Shown in pieces: positions 11,151 to 24,200 of a stretch of DNA of 34,749 nt (the first letter of the stretch is position 1; each line of letters starts with the position of its first letter). This stretch comes from Catajapyx aquilonaris. Lineage: Eukaryota. The position numbers and the translations under genes were made by a program. The notes under the pieces are model-generated. The model had not been told where the DNA came from, did no database searches, and saw only the letters and a list, made by a program, of their open reading frames with translations. The DNA is taken from positions 1-34,749 of the forward strand of contig JYFJ02004101.1 in the NCBI GenBank assembly GCA_000934665.2, given 5' to 3'.

Positions 11151-12208
11151 TTGGCTGTTGTGGCAAAACTCTTACCAACACATTTATTCTTGCCCCAAAC
11201 CCATCATTTACTGACCTAATAATGCACTTCTCTTGCAATATAACATCTGCTGTCCCTATAGTAATGTGAGTGGATACACACTCGAATATGTATAGGAAGA
11301 GGGACGTCATACTGACATGTGCTATTTATATTGTAGGTGTCAAAAATCCTCAATTTCTTCCAAGAGGAAGGCGAGAACAGCACATCACCATCATTAATAG
11401 TCATTTTGCAGCAGGACTCACACATTTTATTGAAACAATTACATAACAAGTTCATAAACTGGAAGTAGTTATTTCAATATTGCTCTGTAAGGCACGTAAG
11501 AGCATGGAAGATTTCTACCCCAAGGCCACAGAGCCTTACAGCTAGTAGAGTGTTAACCTATGCTACTCTTCATCTTGAAGATGACACTATACAAGTTAAC
11601 ACAATTATGAGAGAAATAGTTGCAATTATTATTTCCCTTGATCTGGGTTTTGATCTAAGCTTAATTTGTATTACTTTTGTGCCTTGTTTTAGAAATTGCA
11701 CTGAGCACCAAGCCAAAGAAATGGTAAAAGGTACAAGTGAGTTAACATTTCAATGATATACTCATGCAGAGAGTGGCATAAGCTACAAGATGCTAATACT
11801 ACAAGAATTCAGAGATTGTACAATATGGTAAACAGGAATTAATTGCCATACATTGTAATAGTTTAAATTCATATCATTAAATGTCTTATCATACACAACA
11901 GCAAACTAGTGTTCAGCTGTGATGCTTATTGTCTTAACTTGTTAGCTACTTTGTAAATTATAAAATTGTAATACACTGCAAAATGCATAAGTTTCTTTAA
12001 AATAGACCAACTGTGTCAGTTAATAGCTGCATTCTGTCATAAAACCATAAATAACTGCCATAAAACATTTTCCCTTTGAGTGAATAATATAAAAACAAGT
12101 GTTAGCTAAGTGAAAAGAAAGGTAAAATATGCCTTCTAAAGTGTGACAAATTCATAGGTGTCGTTGAAATTATACTGGTGCACCTCAAGATGGAATGATA
12201 CAGGCAAT

Positions 12209-15200
12209 CTAACTGCTTCTGTCGGTACTCTGAAATGGATTAGAATAATTTCAGTAAATTGTCCAAGTTACCCTGAAATTAAATAGCATAAATGACCACT
12301 CACTGTGAAAGAACTGCCTCTTAGCGAGCTTTGACTGGCCTGGTATGCCAGCAAGCTCTTATCCTGAAATACACCCTTAGTTAGATCCATAACTGATTAT
12401 TATCACAAGCATATGTTAAGAGTGTATCTCACTAACTTGTCCTTCTTGGCCCCTCCTTCCATAACTGGGATCCTCCTCGTCATCCAGTGGACAGACAAGG
12501 TCATCATAGTCGAACTCAGATTTGGATTTCTTCCTCCTCAGGGTGAACTGGCTCTTCTTTGCAACCTTATAGCACAAGAAGTCGGCCGGTACAGTCTTCA
12601 TTGTCGGTTTGGGGGGATGGCGCATGTGAATGGGAATCACTCAACTTTCTTCCTCTCAGAGAGTGGGTGCATGAGTTAGTCAACAGTTAGTTATTACATT
12701 TCAGCGATCACTACAACGCATAGCAGAAAAAGAGGCACCGTTTAAGCAAGGAATTAAGGAGGAAATTAGTCGAGTAATTCACATTTATGCAGAACTGGGG
12801 GGCAGTTTGGGACAGCAACTCACAAGTACAAAAATGCACAGAGGCTTTGATATTTAGAGTTATGCTAAGCAGCCACAATTATAATAACTTGGAATGTAAA
12901 CGCAAGGTGTAAGTGAAGTCACCTTGAGAACTAATACTTGTTTTGAATACACGTGGACGATTTTAAAGTCAGAGTTGTTCTTTCTGCGACTGTGGAGTGT
13001 AAGATGCTAGACACTATTACATTATGTGCCACCTATTGCAATAAAACATGCAGCATGCAATAAACTAGCAAATTCAAAAATTTATGTCACCATGTAATTC
13101 AAACTTCAACCCCTCACAGTATCCTATGTAATCGCATTCTAAACAATACCGCCACACGTTTAAAAATATTGCATCTGCACAAGCAGTAAAGTCAACTTTC
13201 TATGCGTTGCCTGGACACTCAGCCTTACCGCTATGGGCAGATACATCATTTTTTGAATAACTTACTTCAGCAGCCAGTTTCAATCTCTGAAACTTCATAT
13301 CTACCATTTCGAGTCTCAATAATTATTTTGACTTTCATCAGCATAGGCCTACTTATTGATGGTCATGTGATGCTATAACAACATGATTTCAAGATTTAAT
13401 TTTTGTGACAGATGCTCTTTGAGGAACATGCGCTTACTCTAAATAAAGAAAGAAATAATGTTTTGGTGAGATCAATAGCAACATTAGGGTAAGGAGTTTG
13501 TTTTTAAAATGCGGAGACCATTTTACTACAAATACCGTAATCTATCTCTCGCTGACCCTGACAATGATCCTGGAATCTGCATATTCCAACATCTTTAGGC
13601 ATTGTCACCCTAACTGAAAGCAGGAAGCATCAAAAGCTATTGTTACCCTATTCACATCCCAATTATATTCTACTAATTTTGAGAGATAGGTTAAGTTTTA
13701 CAACAGTAATGGAAAGTACCTGAGAGTTTTTTCCTCCCCAATATGGCAGCATCAAGCAGTCATATTGCTTCCAAACAAGCTTTTGTAAGCCTGAATACTT
13801 CCGAGATAAAAGTCTGCTTGATTGTTATTACATGGCACACTGGGGCTAATCAATTATACTCGTATCATAAGCACTGCTATAATGTAGTGATATCCCTGCC
13901 CATTTATGAAACACATGCAGCACTTTTGCTTAGCAGATGTGACACAATCTACAAGTGGCACTTAAAAACTATTTTGTCACTCACAAATTCCTTGCATCAT
14001 TCAATTTTGAATGTATTTGAAAACTTTTATTTATGTTATGTGAAAATTGAAAATAAGAAAACGACCCAAGCACAGCAAAAATGGTCACCTCATTGACACA
14101 ATATCATCACTGCTACAAAATTGACCCATCTTTACCTCTTCTGTACAGCAATACTATTAACTACAGCTTAACATTTAATTAAAACTGCCAAAACTGCTTG
14201 CCTGCTCTCAAAAGACGTGTTTCACAATTGAATGGGTTAGTGCCATAACGTGCTAAGCCACAAAACCTTCATTCTGAGATATGGGCTTTCAAAAGTTTGG
14301 CTTAACATGGCAAATCATACAAAACAAGGAACATTATTCGTGATTTTCTCGTGATCTATGGGGAATTTTTCTAACTACGTGATGCCCACTTGTGAAGCAC
14401 GATGGTGGGACTTTCAGACACGTGCAAGCTCAAAAAACACAAAAGTGTGGCTTAGCACGTTATGGCACTAACCCCTTCAATTGCATGACTACAAAGCTCA
14501 ATTCAGCTGAGAGATAGCCCGAAGCATGTCATTATATCCCAACAAACAATACCAACCTTGAGCTTGGCCATGGGTGTCAATGGAGTATATCCAGCAACCA
14601 GCTCTGCATCTCTCTTTGCTTGCATCACCTGGCTACCTAGCAACTGCTTAAAGTGGGTGTGCAGGTGGCGTCGTAGAAGAGTCTTGCTGGTTGGGATGGA
14701 CAGTAGTGAAGCCAACAAGTCAGATGTGAAGCGAGTCTCGAATACCAACAAGGCTCCATGAACACCTGAACAAAATGCATTAATTTGTTATTGTCATCAA
14801 ATACCAAATATTTATAACAAGCACTAACAAATTGCTTCTCTATCTCAACCGTCATCAACGGTAATAACTTAAACTATGTAACAACACTCCCCAAGGGGAT
14901 CAGAAAAACATAAAGAACATACCTGATCCCCTGAGATTGGGAGCATATTCAGCTAGATCAACTGATCGTAGCCACTCCATGACCCTATGATTGGTCCATA
15001 GGGCAACTTCCAGAGTCACAGGGGGATTACGCTGCTCTTCAGGTAAAGACCGACGTCGAAGGCAGTCAGGATTGAAGTTGTGCAAACGCAAAACCTAGTT
15101 ACAAGAAAATATGGCACAATTATTTCAATATGCTTTCCTCAAGTAAAATAAGAGTAAAGGTGCATTTACATATGAGCGATTTGACGAGCAAAGTCATCGC

Positions 15201-18200
15201 GGAGCGAAGTAACCAATATTGTTTGAGGTGAAAGTAACTATTGATTTTCACCTCCAACAATACTGGTTACTTGGGTTACTCAGAGTTGTTATCACTCGGT
15301 GATGACATCACGTGATCCAATCACTCACATGTAAACGCCGCTTAAGAATGTGTTGCATTCAGTCCTCTCAGTTCTGTACTTGATTTATGCTAGTCCCAGA
15401 GAGCTTTCAAAACATCCTTACGGCATGAGGTCAACATTTCTCACCCAAAAATTGTGCACAGTTTTAATTCCAAAACTAATGATAAGCCCATACTTGAATC
15501 CCCCTGCGCAGACTGGCCATGTGTAGCAAACTTCCAACTCCCAGGACCCTGGCATCATCCACAGTAAGTGCGTGCAGCATGCGCCCATCCATGCGTGCCT
15601 CCAAGAAACTCTCCTTATGCTGTGGGAGGCCAATGTCATCCAGCCAGCGAATCACCCATGGGGTATCCAACTGGAAGCCAGCCTCCAACACCCACCCCTG
15701 CTGCTTGCCACCTTTCGCCTGGGCAGCCATCATTAGCTTTTTACGATGGAGAGGATGCTGAAATATAAATGTGCCACACATGTAGTGCATGTACCTGCAG
15801 ATTGCATGACTTCATAGTTAATGCACACCAACATGCAGCCATAGAATAATTGGCTCTCTACCAATGTCCATATCTGATGTACCTTAATGGCTAGTTCTTT
15901 TTCCAATTCCTGTGATGTGGCACTCAATAGGTGCTCTCCATTCTTGATCCAGTGCTTCGCTGCAACAACATAGAGCCCCAGACCCAAGTCTTGCATCCAA
16001 GCACAAATGGCACTTGTGTCCCACATTGTGAAGGGCAGGTTGGGCTCTCTGTTGATCTTAAAATCTGTGGACCAACCCAGGCGAGGCTGAGCAGTAGCCC
16101 TCAGTCCCCCTCGCCGGAATTCACCTTCTGGGGCGAATTCAGTCTCCAAGCAGTCAGTGCTGCTACCTTTGAACCTGCAAGTTACAAAATTTTCACCATT
16201 GACTAAAAACTTCGCCCAGCACTGCACACTCACTTTCCAAAGAGTCGTCTCAACCCTCTGCGCTTGTGTAGCTGCTGTGAGGGTGAAGATCCACAAAGCG
16301 GGGTGGGAGATCTCTCCCGCATGCCCAGACTCTGATCATCCAGTAGTTTTTCTGTTTCAGCTATTTGTCGACATACAATACAATTAGAAAAACAATACCT
16401 GATATATAATTAGACTGATATCTACTGTTTTATCAAGGCTGAACCCATGCAAATTAATATAATGAGATTTCATGTTGTGTCACAAATGGAATGGTTCATC
16501 AAAGGAAGCATAATTATCATGCTTGAATGGTAATTCACAATCTTAATTACCATTCCTTTCATTCATATTATTAATCAGTTGTAAGTGTCTCTTCCAAACA
16601 ATCAGCCAACCCAACTTATTGTAATCAAATTGAAGATATGGAAAGCTTTGCCATCAAGTGACCTTTTGAACTGGATTATAAAGAATTTCTGTCATACCCT
16701 TAAGGTTACACATCTCATGATTGAAGAATTTCTACATTCCTGAATTTGTTACATAAATATGTCGCAATCAACTCCAAGTGTTAACAACACAAAGACCTGA
16801 ATGAACTACATGCATTAGGCCCAAACTAAATAAAAAAAACATGATCAGCCATTGTAATGTATCATGCTCACACAACATAAGAAAATAAATCTGCCTAAGA
16901 GCAACCGAAGTAATAATTTGCACTACTTGGCATTCACAAAAAAATTTTAAAAATATGAAAATGTCCTGCATATTCATTTAACTACATAAAAATTATAATA
17001 ATGGTTCTTCGTTTCAACATTAATTAATAAGTGAGACAACCTACTGCACCAGAAAAAAAGTATCAGGCAAAGTTACGATGCATAGGCTACGTCTCTGCTG
17101 TTTGATATTTATAAAATAAGGTTGCCTAAGGGGCACCTACTGCAAGATTGTACTAAAAGTTGGTAGAATGTTCTACAAGAACCAGTCACAAAGAGAAAAC
17201 TTCAACACTTCTTTTGTGTGGCAGGTCCACTCTGTACTTCCCCATAAACTTCTCTGGCAATCTCAGTGTATTCGTTGTTCAACACATAAAAATATGTGCT
17301 ATACTTGTTTCCCTCAAGGTACAAACTGCAAAGTTTGAGAGCTCCTGAACATGTATCCCCGAGGGATTTTTCAAAGACTTGGAGTAGCAAAGCAAAGAAT
17401 GCTGCACAACTCATATCCTTTGAATAAGAGACCCTTCCTCTTGCACTTGGCTGCTAGCAATAAATCTCTCCCTGTCAAATTCTTTTTTGCAGATCAAAAC
17501 ATCAGTTGCAAACGTAAGTAAAATAAACCGCAGTCAAAAAAGCCATATATGAATTAAAATGATGATGATAAACTGTTTAGGCAGAATTCTTGTGCAATGT
17601 GTGATGTTCTCAAAAGGAAAACATTGTGACCCCAACAACAAATACCATAACTCAAATGTGCCGCATCAAGTAAAATCATTGAATACGAGACACATTTTAA
17701 GTGAAGAATTTATTGCTTGTGGCCACAGCATGTTTCCTCTTAAACAGAAAAATGCAGGAAACAATCAACCACCACAAAATAGTTACCAAGACCATCCAGA
17801 GCCATGCTAGGTAATAAAGCTAGGATAGGCAATAGTTACTTGATTATGGTCACGATGCGAATCCACATTCACTGCAGAGCTTGAGTCAGCAGCCCAATTA
17901 CAAACGGGGGCATGAGAGAGAGAAAGAGAGTGAAACCCGTCACCTAAGTTTGGAGCAGAGGAGCTCCGTTTACCGGCTGCCCGGAAGGGGAGGAAGGAAA
18001 GGCTTTTACCAAAAACCACCCCTTTTCTGTTGGGCTGGAAACTGTCCAATTCCGGAGTGCTTGTTCCTGAGATGTACTGGCGTGGGAGGGTGCCAAAGTG
18101 AGCCTGGACCTTGCGCTGCGCATTTGGAGGTGGTGTCTGCATAGGTGCAAGGTGAAATCAGTGGTTAACATCCAAAGAGTTACTACCTTCATACAGGGAT

Positions 18201-21200
18201 GACATTCTGGGGATCATCTCACGTACTCGTGGGGGAGGGACATGCTTCACGTTTTCCATGCTGCCGTGGGCTGTCTTGCGAAGGTTGGATGATGAAAATG
18301 ACAAGGTGGATGACATTGGAGGCGAGCCTTTTCCTAGAGCCTGGGAGTTTGGACAGAACAGGACATGACAGGCATGAACAAATACCCAGCATGAACTAAA
18401 CTTCAATCAAGAGGAATCAGATTTCCTGTATCAACATGATGCAGTATTAGTCTGTTGCCCCACTTTAAAATATTTTGAAGTTGTTGTCTCACCAATTAAA
18501 AATAAATAAATTAAGCAGTACATCAGGGAAGAGCGATGGGTTCTCCTTTCAAGATGTTTAAAAAAATGTTTTGGTGAAAACAAGGGATGCACCAATACTA
18601 CATGTTAGCGAGGGTAATATTAACTGGCATATACTATATATATGAACTGGATACCAAAACAGTACCCTATAAAATGTATTAGAATAATGTGCTTAGTTAA
18701 TTATTCCATATGAATTTTGAATCCTGCATGAGATGGATCAGGTAGGCAACTCTGCAGGACACAGGCTTATTGTAGATGTAGACATGCTGATTGACACAAA
18801 ACTTCACTATGCTTGCAATTATAGCGTCGCACACTGGTCATTCACTATTACATTGACATTCTACTGTTCAAGTTTTGGAGTTCAAGTGTGTCGCCAAAAA
18901 ATATCCCAGACGCATATTTGAGCAATAAAATAATTTCAACAACTTTTTTACACTCAAACTCAATTCAGCTCATATTTCTTAACATTGCATTGGTGAATTC
19001 CTAAATTAGTATGTAAGTTACACCACTCAAACGGGCAAAATACTTGCATCCCACAAACTGTTACAATATGTACGAAAAGAACACCATCCACTTAAATATA
19101 GCATGGTTAAAAAGTTTCTCCTGATGACTCCCAGTTTTTCAGATAAAAGGTTAGCAATCTTGAAATATTAATGTGGTTCTTTTTTAACTTAAATCTGCTT
19201 GAATCACAGTGGCCATACTTTTATGTAAGTGCTATAACATGAGAAAAAGACGAGAGAGAAAAAACAAAACCATCGCACCAGACTATCAGGATCTCTAGTG
19301 ATTTTGAAAGTGTCAAGCCTACCATTTTTTATATACAGTAGCATTATTTCTAATACGTTTTAATCAACATCAATTATAGTATGCCACACAAAAATACAGA
19401 AAAAAGTGAAAAAAGCATCTGCCCAATACTGCAATCAAGCTGAAGACACAAAATGCCGCTGTGAGTGGGGAGAAACTTTCCTGCCATGCTGCAAACAGGA
19501 AATCCACAATCATTCATATTTTACTTTTCTATTCTATTCCTGAGGGTATGATGTTAGCTTTTACTAATCAGAGTGACTCTAGATTTTGAGAACCGCCATT
19601 ATTTAAACAAATACAGTAAAACTTCTATAAGTCGAACCTCCATGGGACCGGAAAAAAACTTTGAGTTAGAGAAGTTTGGATTTTTTAAAGCACAGAACTC
19701 TTTAAGGAAGCCTATCTTTATATCCAGCGACGAAAGATGTTCAAAACTTTAAAATAACTATCACTATCACACTTACAAGGTTCCTCATTGTTTTGTTGTA
19801 AAAAAACCTCCGTTATGGACATTTGCCTACTCTTAGATTCAAGGATTCAATTGTCACAATATTGAGTCAAACACTTCTTTCGCTCATCTGATAGACTGAG
19901 ATCAGGAAATTGAGCATTTCTGTACATGTGGCCTACTCTTGACCCTTCGGCTGGAAAATGAGAACATTTTCTCTACTCGCCAACATGAGTCATGAACTTC
20001 GACTTAGGGAGACTGAAAATGCATTGATATCCCATCGTAAGGCCCTGCCAGCACTTCAAGTTATGGAGAACTTCGGGTTATAGAAATTCGAGTTAGGGAA
20101 GTTTATTTCCTATTGTGACTAACCAAGCTCATCATTTTCTTCAAGTTATAAAGAACTTCGACTTAGGGAAGTTCGACTTATGGAAGTTTTACTGTATTAA
20201 CACGCATGAATCAAGTTTACATTCACTTCTCTTGTCAGACTCTCACATTCAAAATGCATACCTGAACACTTTTTGACGACATATCAAACCCTTGAGGAGA
20301 CCCTATTGGAGTTGATGTTGCTGTTGGGAACGGTGAGTTGCGAGGTATCATTGGTGGTTTTTCACACAACTTGCGCCTCTCTTCTGCTACCTAAAAGACA
20401 ATGCAATCATGTAGTGTTAACTTTTTAAATGCAACATCATGAGCAAAAAAGATGGGCATGACTGGTCACAAATGTTACACATTCCCTGGAATGCTAAAAA
20501 AAAAAAAAAAACTGGCAAAAGGATGATGCTGTACAATATCCAAAGTCAGTTATTACACCTCATGACTTTAGTTGCCTCAGATCTTCCAATAAAACAAAGA
20601 AAACCTGCAACCAGTTGTTTCCATTTTGTTGCTCACAATAGTACAAAAGGCAGTTGCTTAATTACCAACCTGGGAAATGACACATGACATTTCCAGCTCA
20701 GATTTTTTCAGCCTGTCTTTCATCTCAATGTTTTCTCTTTCCAAAGTTGTCTGCCTCAGCTTCAAATTGGAGATCTCAGTCAGCAATTCTAATTTCTGAG
20801 TCTCCAGCGATGATCGAGTCAGCAATTCCTGTAAGTAAACAGGTTGTCAGTGCTGCTGCACAATTAAACGACAACATTAAAAATGACTTACTCTCTGTAA
20901 TACATTCTCTGCCTTGACTAATTGCTCCTTTTTATCTCCCAGCATTTTATCCAGATCTCGTATTTTCTCTGTTTGTGCATCTATTTGCTCCGTTAAGACT
21001 GAAACCTGCATCTGAAGTGATTCCTTATCACCTTCCAAACGGTTCAGCCGTTCTTCAAACTCCAATGATGGACCCTAGAAAATTAAAAAATGCATTATTA
21101 TAGCACACCTTTAAAATTTTAATGTTGCCTCTAATCAGTCCAGTACATATTCCTCACAATTTACAATATGGTCCCAAAGTTTCATTGGGTGGGGGGAAGC

Positions 21201-24200
21201 TACTGAATTTTTATTTGGTATTTATGTAATTTATGTAGTCAACCAAATTGTTCAAAGGACCCATGAGACTTGTCCATATTTTTAACATATTTGTTCCCGG
21301 ACATATCCATAACTAAGTCAGTGCTAAGTTCACTGGTTGGATTTCATTTGAATATCCAAGGACAATATGAAAAAAAAAATCTACTGTTCCAATTTCCTGT
21401 TGTACCTTGAACATATTCCAAAGGTAACACTAAAAGCAGTTATTCAGTGCTGAGAGACACGCCAAACTTGGCTACAGCTTACTAAGAAAATACATCACAC
21501 GTCTACACTCGCATATCCTTATCACATCACTATGTACAAATGGCAATTTGGGCGATGCCATTATTTTTGAACAATGCAAAATTATTTTGATACTGTCATT
21601 TGTGTGCGCTTCCAGGGGGCGCTTCTGCTGATTACTGATTATCCCTTTCACCAAAAAATTGTTGCAATCATTACTTGGCAAAGCCACTGAAAATTACGGT
21701 ACACTATAGGCACATTTTAATTAAAAGATTATTGCATTAAAACTTAACACTACGGAAAATGTTCCCAAACAACTTTTTAGAATGTCGTATATACATTGGG
21801 TTGAGGCAGTAATTATTAATACTAATAGTGAATTTTGTGCTTCTAAAATACCGTGAATTATTTTTCAAATTTTAATGGATGTGATGAATAAAAATAACAA
21901 TGATGAGGCATAAAAAATCATTATGGGGGTACGAGGTAGTAACATACATCTTTAAAATGTTACTTTGATGCCGTAACATCAAGCAAAATGTTAGTGAAAT
22001 CTAATGTTAACGTGCTCAAGAAGTTGCGCTGACCCTACTCTGTGCACACGTGAGCTTCTGTGAGTTGAAAACGAAATGTCCTGATCTGTACATAACACAA
22101 GACCGACAACAGTGGCATACTCTATACTGTATATGTCTTACTAAACATAAAAAGGAATGCATTTGTGCAAACATTGGACTACCTTGAGGAAGTACTTCCA
22201 CTGGCAAAGTTCGGGCGAACCTGCCACATCTCCACAGCAGTAACACGGTGGAACAGGGGCATGAAAACTGTATCGATCACAACCTCGATGTCTATAAAAA
22301 TCCCTGGAGAAGAGACACATCTCCTCCCTGGGCAGCATGTGACAGGCCATGCTCCGTCTATGCCCAGATCCTTGGTATGAACACCTATCCCATGGTGTAT
22401 GCTCATCGCACTCATAGCCTGCCTCACCACAAGAGTCATCCTGTGCAAATTCAGCGTCTCCACTATAACAAAAGCTGTGGCATACAGCTGCTGTGGTGCG
22501 AAGAGGAAGCGAGAGAGAGTGGCGCTGATCCGCTGGAGACTGGGCTCTCCTAACTGGTGATTTGTACCTAGGTGTTTGTGTGTTGCACTCCCGTACATGT
22601 GCTTGCTTCACTTTGGTGGCACAGGGTGACGTACGATGCTTTGGTTGCTGATTCCATTTCTGTGGTGTGTTACGGTCTGGGGTGCGTTTTGCATTGGAAG
22701 CCAGTTCACGTCCATCAGCTTCCCTACGCGGGGTGTAGAGAGGTGTCCCATGATTCCCATGGATTTCAGTATTCTCTGCTCCTTCGGGAGGTATGTTCAG
22801 GTCCCGCCGACTTGCCATTGCTTTGCTCACCCATCGGAAATCCCGGCCGCACGCTTTTCCTGCAGAAGAATTATGGCAGTGGCCCCTTGCGGCATTGCTT
22901 TTTGGGGGCGCAAGTGACATGTAACAAATTATTTCTGGAAGCCGTAAAAAGGGACCATTTCGCACTGTGATGAAATCAGTGTGGCTCTATTTCTGGGTTA
23001 GAGTCACAGACCTGGATGTTGGACCTATGCCCAGTGTTTTGGCAACACTTGAAAATTCATGCTAATGGCCTCTCTTGACTGCCTATCTGGAAACACTTAC
23101 GCGGCTACGAACTGAGTGAATTAGTATCAAACCTTCCATAGATGAGGTGATTCCTACTTTCCCTTTCGAATTGGATGTGGTAGTAGACGAAGGTGTATTA
23201 TTGCTTGGAGCTTCCATGCTCAAGAGATCACTGGCATCGCTGGAATCTGAGCCAACTGAACCTGAGGGAGGTGCTTTGAGAGTAGACTCATCCTCACTGC
23301 TGGATGCACTAGTGTCGCCATCACCTTTCGGAACAGCTAGGAGGCAAAAGTAGCCCAACTTTTTGACAAGATGTTGCCAATGTTTACATGCCATGTACTA
23401 CTATAATTAACGATACAAATTTTGATAAGTTAATGCAATTAGCAATTTAGCATGAATGGCATCCGCAAACATGGAAATTAGCCATGAGTGAAAATATTAA
23501 TAAATATCAATAATATCAAGACATGGCATATTACTACTCCCATATGCTCCCAGCCAGAACAATGTGGCCTAATAAAGTATAGAACATGACCCTGAATTCG
23601 TCTGTCATACTGGATCTCTCCACAATTCTGGGGATAGGAGTGAAGCTGCTATGACCCTCTTGAGAAATGATGCTAACCTTTGGTCCCAGCCTCTACTCCC
23701 TGGCTACACTTGAACCTCTCCTTCTTGGCACCATCCCGGAAGTAGCAGTTGGGAATGCCTTGTTCATTTTCTTGTTCTTCCTCCTCCTCCTCCTCCTCCT
23801 CCTCCTCTTCCTCTTCTCCTTCCTCTTCCTCATCTTCTACCTCTTCTTCTTCCTCATCTAGTGAGTCAGCGCTGTTGCTATCTTCGCTGGAGCATGAAAT
23901 TGGGCCTTTCGTGCCAATCCTCTTGGAAACCTTCGATATTGATGGGGGAGGGGGAGGGGGTATGGGAGGGAGACGACGACCTCCAATGTGTGATGATGGA
24001 GGTGGTGGAGGGGGATCAGGTGGGGGGGCATGTAAGGGGCGTGGACCACCACCCACGACTGGCCCCTTTGCCAGAGACTGCCCTCCTCCACTGCCTCCCC
24101 TCCCACCCAGGATTATTTTAGAAGCAGTCGCCATTCAAACCAAGCACCACAATCTTTCTTCTCTTCATCCCTTTACTACACCTCTGATGTCCCCAAATGT

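Noticed and set aside
19990..20185. Spaced gaacttcgacttaggga repeats as a CRISPR-like array
   Set aside because: They are degenerate, irregularly spaced and lie inside a TIR/TA-flanked element, so they are subterminal transposon repeats in eukaryotic DNA.
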